In this document: positions 1 to 8,331 of the stretch, piece after piece | Layout of the letters: the number at the start of each line of letters is the position of its first letter | How positions within the stretch are numbered: position 1 is the stretch's first letter | Source of the DNA: Bacillales bacterium UBA1245 | Lineage (GTDB): Bacteria > Bacillota_I > Bacilli_A > ML615J-28 > CAG-313 | Direction: 5' to 3' | Length of the DNA stretch: 33,401 nt | Assembly (NCBI GenBank): GCA_002308275.1 | Contig: DBWF01000006.1 | Span: 1 to 33,401 of the forward strand | Program-made: the position numbers and the translations under genes | Notes under the pieces: generated by a model | What the model saw: the letters and a program-made list of their open reading frames with translations, nothing else | What the model was told of the DNA's origin: nothing | The model's database searches: none

Positions 1-602
1 GTACCAACAAATCTAAAATTACGTTTTGTGGTTGGATCAACTTCTAAAACACCTTTGTATTGCTTTGTAGATGCAGCAACGCTAATTGTCATCTCATGTT
101 CGGTTTTAACATAAACGCCTTCAGAATAAATTTTAAATAGTAAGCTATAAGTGCCAGCTTCCATTGGTGTAAAACGAACACGATAGTGCGGGTCACCAAT
201 CGGCGTAACGACTTCTAAGCCTTGTGGTTCATTAGGGTCAGTTGAAGCAACTCCACTAACACCAGAAGGTGATAGATTAGCATTAGTATTAAGAGTTATT
301 TGATAATCTTGATACCAGAATGCGGGAATCTCTAGCTTAGCACCGCTTGGAGCAGTAATTTCAGCCATTACTTTTAAGTAATTATAATCATATGGATTAC
401 CGCCTTCAGCAATCTTTAATTCTTTTTCATAAAGAGCAAGTTCCGTCTTTTGATATTGAACGGCAGGTTCAACAACATCAACACGGTAAATATATCCATC
501 TGGTTTCACTGGCTTTGGTCCCTCCCCTTCATTGCCCATTTCACAGCCTACAACAAGACCAAATAGAGCTAGAATAAATAATACAAAACTAATTTTTTTC
601 AT
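1..602 (-). CDS. Secreted lipoprotein, N-terminal 200 codons only (gene runs off the left edge); probable glycan-degrading enzyme of the mannan locus
   Basis: Not in the supplied ORF track because no stop lies inside the window. Read by hand, the minus-strand frame set by ATG 602..600 is open for all 200 codons down to position 3. The N-terminus MKKISFVLFILALFGLVVGCEMG is a signal peptide with a lipobox Cys. Its ATG overlaps the TGA stop of the GH130 gene (ATGA), so it is in the same operon. The enzyme class is only a guess from context and a beta-sandwich-like segment (DPHYRVRFTPMEAGTYSLLF). Confidence 0.7.
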   Translation of the reverse strand, partial: MKKISFVLFILALFGLVVGCEMGNEGEGPKPVKPDGYIYRVDVVEPAVQYQKTELALYEKELKIAEGGNPYDYNYLKVMAEITAPSGAKLEIPAFWYQDYQITLNTNANLSPSGVSGVASTDPNEPQGLEVVTPIGDPHYRVRFTPMEAGTYSLLFKIYSEGVYVKTEHEMTISVAASTKQYKGVLEVDPTTKRNFRFVG

Positions 603-1621
603 CGACCGATGTCACCATCCCTTCCAACGCCTTCATGATGAGCCTTGACATAATCAATAACTTCATCAACAGTTGTAAAAGCTAGGGCAACATAAGTATC
701 TGCGGCACCATAATAGATGCAAATACGACCAGTTTTTTCATCAACTAATGTTGAACAAGGGAAAGTTACATTTGGAACAAAACCAACTTGTTCATAGTCA
801 GTTTCTGGAGTAAATAAATAGTCAGCACAACGATATTTAACAATTGATGGATTGTCTTTATCTAAAATAGCTGCGCCAAAGCTATATACATAGCCATTAC
901 AATTAAGAATAACACCATGATAGAATAATAACCAGCCTTCACTTGTTTCAATTGGAGCAGGTCCACCACCAATCTTAAGTCCTTGCCACCAACCATTGCC
1001 ACCTCTTTCCATAACGTGACGATGATGTCCCCAGTACTCTAAGTCTTTACTTTCGCTAACAAAGATATCACCAAATGCAGTGTGACCATTATCCGATGGA
1101 CGACTTAACATTAAGTATTTATCATTAACTTTCCGAGGGAATAATACACCATTTCGATTGCATGGTAAGAAACAATTTTCTAAGCGAACAAACTTTTTAA
1201 AGTCCACAGTCTTTGCAAGACCAATTGTTGGTCCATAAAAATCAGTACACCAGATAACATAATAAGCATCATCGCCTTCAACTTTTACAAGTCTTGGGTC
1301 ATATGCATAATAAGGTTGAAAAGCTTCGCCTTTTTCATCAACAAATTTGATTGGTTCAGCTTCCATTTCCCAGTTAATACCATCTTTACTATGACCAACT
1401 CTTAAATGAGGTAAGCTAAGACCACCTTCGCAACGGAAAACACCAATATATTCATCATTACGATAAGCGACCGCACTATTAAAGATTCGGTTAATACCTG
1501 GTGCCGGATTACGTTTAATAATTGGGTTTTTGGAATACCGCCAAATTACAGCTGTACTACCCTTTGGTTTATCTTCCCAAGGAAGATTTGGAATGTTTTG
1601 TCCTTTAACTTGATATTTCAT
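599..1621 (-). CDS. Glycoside hydrolase family 130 beta-mannoside phosphorylase
   Basis: 340-aa ORF. Length and motifs (RIFNSAVAY, YAYDPRL, GGGPAPIETSEGWLLFYHGV, YSFGAAILD) fit GH130 propeller phosphorylases. It sits among mannose and esterase genes, and its start overlaps the LacI gene end by 17 nt. Confidence 0.88.
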   Translation of the reverse strand: MKYQVKGQNIPNLPWEDKPKGSTAVIWRYSKNPIIKRNPAPGINRIFNSAVAYRNDEYIGVFRCEGGLSLPHLRVGHSKDGINWEMEAEPIKFVDEKGEAFQPYYAYDPRLVKVEGDDAYYVIWCTDFYGPTIGLAKTVDFKKFVRLENCFLPCNRNGVLFPRKVNDKYLMLSRPSDNGHTAFGDIFVSESKDLEYWGHHRHVMERGGNGWWQGLKIGGGPAPIETSEGWLLFYHGVILNCNGYVYSFGAAILDKDNPSIVKYRCADYLFTPETDYEQVGFVPNVTFPCSTLVDEKTGRICIYYGAADTYVALAFTTVDEVIDYVKAHHEGVGRDGDIGR

Positions 1622-2642
1622 CAGATTCTCCTTTCAACATTTTTACTGAATCACGTTCTATTATCTTAGCCCGTACTAAAATGCGATCATATACTTTGTA
1701 AGGATTTTGGAGTTTCTTAATAATAGCTTTGGTAGCTACTGTTACTAATTCATCATCATTATTATCAACCGTCGTTAGCTTAACACCACTTAATTCTGAA
1801 TAAATCGTATTATCAAATGTGACAATTGACACATCTTCTGGTACTTTTATTCCTCTTTCACTTAGTCTTTTAATTAAGTGATATGCAAGTTCATCATTAT
1901 TACAAACAAAAGCGGTTGGCATTTTATCAGGCAAGGCAATCTCACATAACTGGCCTTGTTCATCACGGTCAGAGATAACATAAGCTGGATTAAATGGGAT
2001 GTGTGCCGCAATCAACGCACGTAAATATCCTAAGAAACGATCAGAAATCGATGAAGTAGCATAAATATTACCAATAAAGGCAATATCACGATGACCATTT
2101 TTAATCAATAATTCGGTAATCTCCGTACCCGATAAATAGTTATCAACAATAATACTATCAACCTTTATCTCTGAATCGTAAAAATCAAAGAAAATAACCG
2201 GGATTGCAACATGGGTAAAGAGTTCTAAGTATTCTTTAGCACATTGACCGATGATGATTAAAGCATCGATTTTACCACTATGATACATTTTAGGTAATTC
2301 TAATTTCTTTTCAGTTTTGCTATCGAGAATTTCCATAATTCCCGTATAGCCATTTTCATTAAATTTCTTAACTAACTTCGCATAAATTTCAAAATAATAA
2401 GTATTTGAGGTTTTAACGTAACGCTCAGGAATTAATAAACCAATATTAAATGTTTGATTGGTCTTCAATCCCTTCGCAAGCATGTTCATATGATAGCCAA
2501 GTTCCACTGCTTTAGCTTTGATTTGTTTACGTAATTCCTCACTGACACCTTCTTTGTCGTTTAAAGCTTTCGATACTGTTACTTTACTAACGCCTAAGCA
2601 GTTAGCAATCGTATCCATGCTAACCTTTGCTTGTGGTGCCAT
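1605..2642 (-). CDS. LacI/GalR-family transcriptional regulator
   Basis: N-terminal HTH (SMDTIANCLGVSKVTVSKALN) followed by a periplasmic-binding-protein-like sugar-binding fold of typical length (345 aa). Confidence 0.9.
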   Translation of the reverse strand: MAPQAKVSMDTIANCLGVSKVTVSKALNDKEGVSEELRKQIKAKAVELGYHMNMLAKGLKTNQTFNIGLLIPERYVKTSNTYYFEIYAKLVKKFNENGYTGIMEILDSKTEKKLELPKMYHSGKIDALIIIGQCAKEYLELFTHVAIPVIFFDFYDSEIKVDSIIVDNYLSGTEITELLIKNGHRDIAFIGNIYATSSISDRFLGYLRALIAAHIPFNPAYVISDRDEQGQLCEIALPDKMPTAFVCNNDELAYHLIKRLSERGIKVPEDVSIVTFDNTIYSELSGVKLTTVDNNDDELVTVATKAIIKKLQNPYKVYDRILVRAKIIERDSVKMLKGESDEISS

Positions 2643-2647
2643 TTCTT

Positions 2648-4069
2648 TTACCAGTGCATTAATTCTTTAATGTTGGCGATTAATGTATCAGCAATTTGAC
2701 GATGCGATGCCACACTTGGGTGAGAATTATAACCTTGTGCATCACCATTAATCTTATACATTACAAGATTTGGAATAATTTCGACAGCACGATTATAAAT
2801 TTCAGTATGATCATCGTAAACACCTGATTCATTCATTAAGCCATAAAGAATAATAATTTGGGCTTGTGGATATGTTTGATGGAGGTTATTTAAGAAATCG
2901 ACATAAGTAGCAATGAAGTTTTCTCTTCTTTGAGCTTTAATTGTTGCATCACTTCCCGCATTAATATAACTTAAATCGTTTGTACCAAAGTTGGTGATTA
3001 CAACATCTGGAATAAATTTTGTGGTATCCCAAAGTTCATTAGAGAAAACATCAACATATTTGTATTGGTCATGCATATTTAAAGTATTTGGACTTGTCCA
3101 AAGACTCGCAGATACACCCCAACCACTAGCAGATACGATATTAATTTCCGCATTCAATGCTTGTGCAGTTAAGAATGCAAAAGCCTTTAAGCCATCAGAG
3201 TTCGCCGTTGTCTTAGTAGAATTACTTAAGTTTCCATAACCAGTTGAACTTGATGCGGCGATCATTTCAATTTTGCGAGTCTTATAAGTAACACCACTAA
3301 TAAAGCGACCATTAGTTTCTAATTTCTTTAAACCGACATGTGAGTCAATTGATTCACTACGTTTATAAACGCTTAATACGTGTACCGCTTCATCATTGAT
3401 GATAAAGCTATCGCCACCAATTAATTGAAGAGTTTGCGTAGCTTGCGTTAAGTTAATCGTAATTGCATGATCAAAATCATTATCTAAAACAAATACCATG
3501 TAAGGTTGCTTAGATACAGTTGCATAGTTGGTTGCGGTAAGAGTCACAGATAAAGATAGTTCTTCTTCTAATTTTTGGAATTTTACTTCAAATCCAGCAG
3601 CCGTATAATACATTGTATTAACTTTTGTTGCCTCATTATAAGAAGTCCGACCCATCCATTTAATGTAGTTACCGTCAATTAAGTGATCACCTTCAATTGA
3701 TTTGACAGCGTATAAATCAGCTTGCTTGTATGGTAATTCTTCACTATATTCTGATTCAACATTATTAGCATTAAGAGCTTGAATTTTAATCATATATTCA
3801 CCTTCTGGAATATTTAATGCATTTAAGTCATCGCCATTTTCAACAAAGCGGCGTAATACTTCATCAGTCTCAGTATTGCGAATTTCTAGACGATATTTTG
3901 TAGCGCCTTTTACTTCCGTAAAACTAATGATTGATTCATTAATTGCAAAATCAGTAGGGATTGCTACTTTTTTAGTTTCAGTACCTCCACTGCTCATTTC
4001 GCAGCCAAAAATGGCAAACACAAATAATACTAATAAGAATAGATAACTTGTTTTGATAAATCCTTTCAT
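2648..4069 (-). CDS. Lipoprotein SGNH/GDSL-type carbohydrate esterase (CE2-like architecture: beta-sandwich modules plus SGNH domain)
   Basis: Signal peptide with lipobox (LFVFAIFGCEMSSGG). The C-terminal half has SGNH blocks (IAASSSTGYGN, ITNFGTNDLSY, HPSVASHRQIA). It lies 5 nt upstream of the LacI gene. Confidence 0.75.
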   Translation of the reverse strand: MKGFIKTSYLFLLVLFVFAIFGCEMSSGGTETKKVAIPTDFAINESIISFTEVKGATKYRLEIRNTETDEVLRRFVENGDDLNALNIPEGEYMIKIQALNANNVESEYSEELPYKQADLYAVKSIEGDHLIDGNYIKWMGRTSYNEATKVNTMYYTAAGFEVKFQKLEEELSLSVTLTATNYATVSKQPYMVFVLDNDFDHAITINLTQATQTLQLIGGDSFIINDEAVHVLSVYKRSESIDSHVGLKKLETNGRFISGVTYKTRKIEMIAASSSTGYGNLSNSTKTTANSDGLKAFAFLTAQALNAEINIVSASGWGVSASLWTSPNTLNMHDQYKYVDVFSNELWDTTKFIPDVVITNFGTNDLSYINAGSDATIKAQRRENFIATYVDFLNNLHQTYPQAQIIILYGLMNESGVYDDHTEIYNRAVEIIPNLVMYKINGDAQGYNSHPSVASHRQIADTLIANIKELMHW

Positions 4070-4137
4070 AAATCCTCCTTAAAATTTAGTTTACAAATTA
4101 GTTTATCGGTAACTTTATACCTTATGATACCATAAAA

Positions 4138-4152
4138 TGAAAGCGTTTGTCA
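4138..4152. promoter_or_regulatory. Candidate LacI-family/CcpA (cre-like) operator in the divergent manA / esterase-operon control region
   Basis: TGAAAGCGTTTGTCA resembles the TGnAAnCGnTTnCA class of operators, with a central CG and an imperfect right arm offset by one base. It lies in the 180-bp divergent intergenic region next to a LacI gene. Confidence 0.35.
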
Positions 4153-4164
4153 AAACAATAAGAC

Positions 4165-4193
4165 TATGAAAATGCAAATTTGGAATTTTCATA
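4165..4193. promoter_or_regulatory. Inverted repeat (9-bp arms, 11-bp spacer), possible second operator
   Basis: TATGAAAAT (4165-4173) and ATTTTCATA (4185-4193) are exact reverse complements. The repeat lies just upstream of the putative manA -35. TGCAAATTT also occurs twice (4173-4181, 4203-4211). Confidence 0.3.
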
Positions 4194-4202
4194 CCAATAA
4201 CT

Positions 4203-4230
4203 TGCAAATTTAGTAATTTTAGACTATACT
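4203..4230 (+). promoter_or_regulatory. Putative sigma-A promoter of manA
   Basis: TTGCAA (4203-4208), 16-nt spacer, TATACT (4225-4230). It ends about 20 nt upstream of the manA ATG (4250). Confidence 0.4.
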
Positions 4231-4249
4231 TTTAGGCGAGGTGAAACTA

Positions 4250-5179
4250 ATGGCAATCCTATTTTTGACCCCACTTTTTAAGCAAAGAATCTGGGGTGGT
4301 TCATATTTTAAAGACAATATTAATCCTAATCTTGATGATCAACCATACGGTGAAATGTGGTCACTTTCAGCTCATAAAGAAGGTGAAACATTAATTGAAA
4401 GTGGTGAATTTCAAGGTAAAACGTTAAACGATATTTTCCTATCGCATCCTGAACTATTTAATTCAGGTGCTAAAGAGTTTCCACTGATGGTTAAGCTTAT
4501 TGAAACCGAGGATGACTTAAGTGTTCAAGTCCATCCTGATGATGAATTTGCTTCACGAATCGAACATCAACTTGGCAAAACTGAGTGCTGGTATTTCTTA
4601 GATGCCCTTCCAAATGCTAAAATCGTTTTAGGTCATAACGCTAAAACAAAGGATGAAATGGCAAAAGCAATTGAGGAAGGTAAGTGTGAAGACTATCTAT
4701 CTTATCAATCAATCAAGCCAAAAGATTTTGCTTTGATTATTTCAAAAACGGTTCATGCTCTAGGTAAAGGACTACTTCTTCTTGAAATTCAACAATCATC
4801 TGATGTTACTTACCGGCTATATGATTATAATCGTTTGGGCCTTGATGGTAAAAAGCGTCCGCTTCATGTTGAAAAGGGACTTCAAGTAATCGACTTTCCA
4901 CAAAAAGAGTGGCCACAAATTACTAATCACAATAACGATTTACCTGTTCAAGAACTAACAAGCTGCGATTATTTCAAAGTTGATTTACTAAAAGTAAATG
5001 GTAAAACCATTTGTGATAACAACCCAGATCAATTCCTAATCATCACTAGTGCAAGTAATAATATTAAAGTAAATGGTACTATCCTTTCGCTTGGTAAATC
5101 ATGTATTGTTACTTGTGGAGAGACTAAACTAGAATTTGAAGGATATGGTGAAGTTTTAATTACTTCATCAAATGAATAA
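4250..5179 (+). CDS. manA: Mannose-6-phosphate isomerase, type I (Bacillus-type)
   Basis: Motifs LFKQRIWGG, LSVQVHPDDEFA and KTECWYFL are typical of class I PMI. Start moved from GTG 4241 to ATG 4250, which follows the RBS GAGGTGA by 5 nt. Confidence 0.9.
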   Translation: MAILFLTPLFKQRIWGGSYFKDNINPNLDDQPYGEMWSLSAHKEGETLIESGEFQGKTLNDIFLSHPELFNSGAKEFPLMVKLIETEDDLSVQVHPDDEFASRIEHQLGKTECWYFLDALPNAKIVLGHNAKTKDEMAKAIEEGKCEDYLSYQSIKPKDFALIISKTVHALGKGLLLLEIQQSSDVTYRLYDYNRLGLDGKKRPLHVEKGLQVIDFPQKEWPQITNHNNDLPVQELTSCDYFKVDLLKVNGKTICDNNPDQFLIITSASNNIKVNGTILSLGKSCIVTCGETKLEFEGYGEVLITSSNE

Positions 5180-5182
5180 ATA

Positions 5183-5214
5183 AAAAATGGATTCAAAATG
5201 AATCCATTTTTTTG
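5183..5214. terminator. Bidirectional rho-independent terminator between manA and the convergent small membrane protein gene
   Basis: Stem ATGGATTC (5187-5194) / GAATCCAT (5200-5207), flanked by an A-run upstream and a T-run downstream. Confidence 0.75.
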
Positions 5215-5219
5215 TTTGA

Positions 5220-5444
5220 TTAAATGTTTAATAAACGGAAAATATGATGTGAGAAAATCATGCAGATAAGGTCAAAAATCCAAATTAACCATCCACCAAA
5301 AATTCTGATGATTCCCGCAACAATCTTACCTTCTGAGAAACGTGTAATCACACCTAATAGCCATGAAGTAAATGGAATAATAGCTAAAATTAGACTAACG
5401 ATCCAAGCTAGGCCGAAATAATCTTTTGAAGATTTTGCTGCCAT
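5220..5444 (-). CDS. Small two-TM membrane protein (74 aa), function unknown
   Basis: Start set at ATG 5444..5442, preceded by AAAGGAGAAC. Protein MAAKSSKDYFGLAWIVSLILAIIPF...GGWLIWIFDLICMIF has two hydrophobic helices. It begins 1 nt after the CE7 esterase stop. The 31-codon N-terminal extension in the ORF track overlaps that gene and has no RBS. Confidence 0.6.
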   Translation of the reverse strand: MAAKSSKDYFGLAWIVSLILAIIPFTSWLLGVITRFSEGKIVAGIIRIFGGWLIWIFDLICMIFSHHIFRLLNI

Positions 5445-5445
5445 T

Positions 5446-6411
5446 TTAGTTCTCCTTTCGCATAAAATTTTCATATTGACGGTTAGCGAAAGCAATCTTA
5501 AGTGGCAATTGTTGTTCTTCAAAGCCACCATGACCAAAGCCTTCGTAAACTTTTAATTCTTTTTCAACTTTTATTTTATTATAAGCATGCATAAAATACT
5601 TAGGTGGGCAAATATGATCTTCCGTTCCAATAGATGCAATCACTGGACATTTAATCCGGTCAGCCATATTAACAACATCGAAATAGTCTTGATTGGCAAG
5701 AACTAATTCTCTATATTCTGGATGATCATTTAGAAAATCTAAAATAACGCCATATTTACCTTCCCTATTTAGAATCCGGTCTTTCATTGCGCAATCACTT
5801 GGTACATCTGATAAGCTACAAATAATTGGTACATCAGCCATAGAAGCTGCCATGAGTGACAAGCCACCACCTTGTGACGGACCAGCAACCATTAGTCCCC
5901 GGTTTTTAAGATTAGGGAATAATTTAGGGTCTTTAATAACATCGATAATCTTTAGGGCATCTTGATCAAGACGCTTATTATAACAATTCTCTAAATCCGT
6001 AATGTTATAGCATGCTGATGGGTATTCAGTAAATTCATAGTGATTAGGATCTTTCACTCTTGGTCCTTGGAAACGCATATCAATAGCAACAACTGAATAT
6101 CCAGCCGCAACCAAATTCATGCAATGCCAAATGTTATGATCTTCTTCAATATAACTATTATGACCATGATAATAAACAATAGTTGGTTTATCAGAGTCTA
6201 ATCTTAAATAAAGAATGGCAAAAATCTTCGTATTTTGAACACTATCATAATAGAATCCTATTCTTTTACCATAGCCTTCTATTTCTTCATATTCAATATC
6301 AATATGATTTGGAACATCATGAACTTCTTTTAACCATTTGGCCCAGCGTTCATCAAAGTCTGCTGGTTTTTTTGTCAAAATTTCACAATTAAGTTTTTCC
6401 ATATCTTTCAT
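5446..6411 (-). CDS. Carbohydrate esterase family 7 acetyl esterase (acetyl xylan esterase / cephalosporin-C deacetylase type)
   Basis: 321 aa alpha/beta hydrolase with the nucleophile elbow GPSQGGG and a C-terminal GHGGFEE region. Length and layout are typical of the AXE1/CE7 family. Confidence 0.82.
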   Translation of the reverse strand: MKDMEKLNCEILTKKPADFDERWAKWLKEVHDVPNHIDIEYEEIEGYGKRIGFYYDSVQNTKIFAILYLRLDSDKPTIVYYHGHNSYIEEDHNIWHCMNLVAAGYSVVAIDMRFQGPRVKDPNHYEFTEYPSACYNITDLENCYNKRLDQDALKIIDVIKDPKLFPNLKNRGLMVAGPSQGGGLSLMAASMADVPIICSLSDVPSDCAMKDRILNREGKYGVILDFLNDHPEYRELVLANQDYFDVVNMADRIKCPVIASIGTEDHICPPKYFMHAYNKIKVEKELKVYEGFGHGGFEEQQLPLKIAFANRQYENFMRKEN

Positions 6412-6414
6412 TCC

Positions 6415-7245
6415 TTATTTAAAAGATCTTTTTAAAAAACGTAGTTTCATTTCTAAGCCTTTAGCTTGAAGCGACAAACAGTTAACAATGATAGCATCAA
6501 CGCCAAGCATTGCAACACTTCTTGTTCTAGCAATGGTCATATTACCACTTGCTTTAATAATTGTGCCGCGGTGTGAAATCGCAATTAATTCTTGCATCGC
6601 TTCATTTGTCATTTCGCACAGAATAATACTATCAACACCTGCTTCTAATGCCTCTAGAAAGTCATCTTTGGTGTAAGCTTCAACTTCAATTACTTGATCA
6701 GGATACTTTCTACGTACTAAGCGAATCGCATCGGTAATCGTACCAGTTACATAAACATGGTTTTTAGTAATCACGACATGATCATTTAGGCCCATACGGC
6801 CTACTTTGCCGCCACCATCTACAATCGCTTTTAACTCAGCTTCCTTATAAAGAGGAGTTACATCGCGAGAAGCTTCAATCACACATTTAGTGCCTTGGAC
6901 TTCTTCACCGTATTTACTAGTCATCGTTGCAACACCAGATAAGCGTTCAATCATATTAAGAGCTACTTGTTCACCCTTTAAGATATCTTGCATCCGGCCA
7001 TGAATCCCCGCAACCACATCACCTTTATTGACGAAAGTACCATCTTTTTTCACAATATTAACTTCAACTTTGGGATTGATTTGTTGATATATTGCGATTA
7101 AGACCTCACTACCACTAAAAATACCAGGTGTTTTAACAATAAAACTACCACTGCATTCTTTTTTTGAATCAACTGTTGCAAGAGCAGTTAAATCTTTATC
7201 AGCACCATCTTCTAATAATGCTTGTTTGATAAATTGATTGATCAT
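6415..7245 (-). CDS. nadC: Nicotinate-nucleotide (quinolinate) pyrophosphorylase, carboxylating
   Basis: 276 aa. Length and overall pattern match type II quinolinate PRTases, including a C-terminal TIM-barrel-like part (IIKASGNMT). Its ATG lies 3 nt after the stop of the upstream zinc-ribbon gene. Confidence 0.85.
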   Translation of the reverse strand: MINQFIKQALLEDGADKDLTALATVDSKKECSGSFIVKTPGIFSGSEVLIAIYQQINPKVEVNIVKKDGTFVNKGDVVAGIHGRMQDILKGEQVALNMIERLSGVATMTSKYGEEVQGTKCVIEASRDVTPLYKEAELKAIVDGGGKVGRMGLNDHVVITKNHVYVTGTITDAIRLVRRKYPDQVIEVEAYTKDDFLEALEAGVDSIILCEMTNEAMQELIAISHRGTIIKASGNMTIARTRSVAMLGVDAIIVNCLSLQAKGLEMKLRFLKRSFK

Positions 7246-7248
7246 ATT

Positions 7249-8316
7249 CTAGCCTTTAAAGCATGCCCAAAGGACAAGAACAATCGCCGCAATAATAAAG
7301 AAAGCAATAATCGATACTTTAACTGGTGAAATAGGGAACTTACCACTAACTTTACCTGTTTCACCATTAACAACAAAACGGAAAGTTTTATGGTTGTATA
7401 AATAACGGCATAACCACGCTGGTAAAATAACGTATTTATATTTAATATTATCGTATTTTGGATAAACATTTAAGTAATCGACAACATCATAATCATATTG
7501 TGCTAAGATTTGTGCTTCCAATTGCTTTTCAATAATGCCTTGGGCTACTTTCCAACCATCTTTTAATTCCAAACTATAGTGTTCAGTTGTATGGCCTGAT
7601 AAATAACGATTATCATAGATATAGGCTTCATTAGTATGGTATGGTTCAATCTTACTTAATTCTTTTTGATCCATTTTCTGACCAGAGCAAACTAAGCAAT
7701 CATCAACCTGGCGTTGAACCGTACCACTAATTGAAAAATAACGTGTTTCCGTAACGGTCTTACCATTAACAGTCTTTGTATATCTTTTACCTAAGCGTCC
7801 TTTGTATCCCGCAACCACAAATGCATCAAATGTCCAAGTTGGGACATAAACTGAATTCATCGTAGGGTTTGGAATCTCTTTTTTGACTTTATGCGGAGCC
7901 ATAAAACGCTTCTTAAGCCATTTACGATAGTTCTCTTGGGCTACTTGATTAGTAATTAAGAATGGAATAACGCGGTCTGGTTTTAAACCTTCGATTTCTT
8001 CAGTTGATACAACCATTGGTGTATCACAGAATGGACAATTAAGTGACAAAACATTAGGGTCAATAATAACATTAGCACCACAGTTTTGGCATCTAGCTTG
8101 ATGTGCTTCGTGACTAGTCCACTTTGATAGTTCCGCATTAGCAAAATCGTGTTCTTCATCAGAATGAACACCGCTTAATGCTTCTTCATAACCACAATAA
8201 GTGCATTTTAAGCTTTGTGAAGCAGGGTCGAAACTTAAATTAGATCCACAGCCCGGACATTTATAAATATCGTGCGCTGTTTTACGACCTTCAACTTCAT
8301 AATTTTCTTCTGTCAT
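7249..8316 (-). CDS. Multi-zinc-ribbon protein with C-terminal transmembrane anchor (reminiscent of B. subtilis YdjG-type proteins)
   Basis: Four Cys pairs form two ribbons (CPGCGS...CTYCG and CQNCGA...CPFC). A roughly 230-aa globular region follows (VYVPTWTF, FVVNGETGKVSGKFPISP), then a terminal TM helix (VSIIAFFIIAAIVLVLWACF). It starts 15 nt after the SPFH gene. Confidence 0.8.
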   Translation of the reverse strand: MTEENYEVEGRKTAHDIYKCPGCGSNLSFDPASQSLKCTYCGYEEALSGVHSDEEHDFANAELSKWTSHEAHQARCQNCGANVIIDPNVLSLNCPFCDTPMVVSTEEIEGLKPDRVIPFLITNQVAQENYRKWLKKRFMAPHKVKKEIPNPTMNSVYVPTWTFDAFVVAGYKGRLGKRYTKTVNGKTVTETRYFSISGTVQRQVDDCLVCSGQKMDQKELSKIEPYHTNEAYIYDNRYLSGHTTEHYSLELKDGWKVAQGIIEKQLEAQILAQYDYDVVDYLNVYPKYDNIKYKYVILPAWLCRYLYNHKTFRFVVNGETGKVSGKFPISPVKVSIIAFFIIAAIVLVLWACFKG

Positions 8317-8331
8317 AAAACTATTTTCCTA

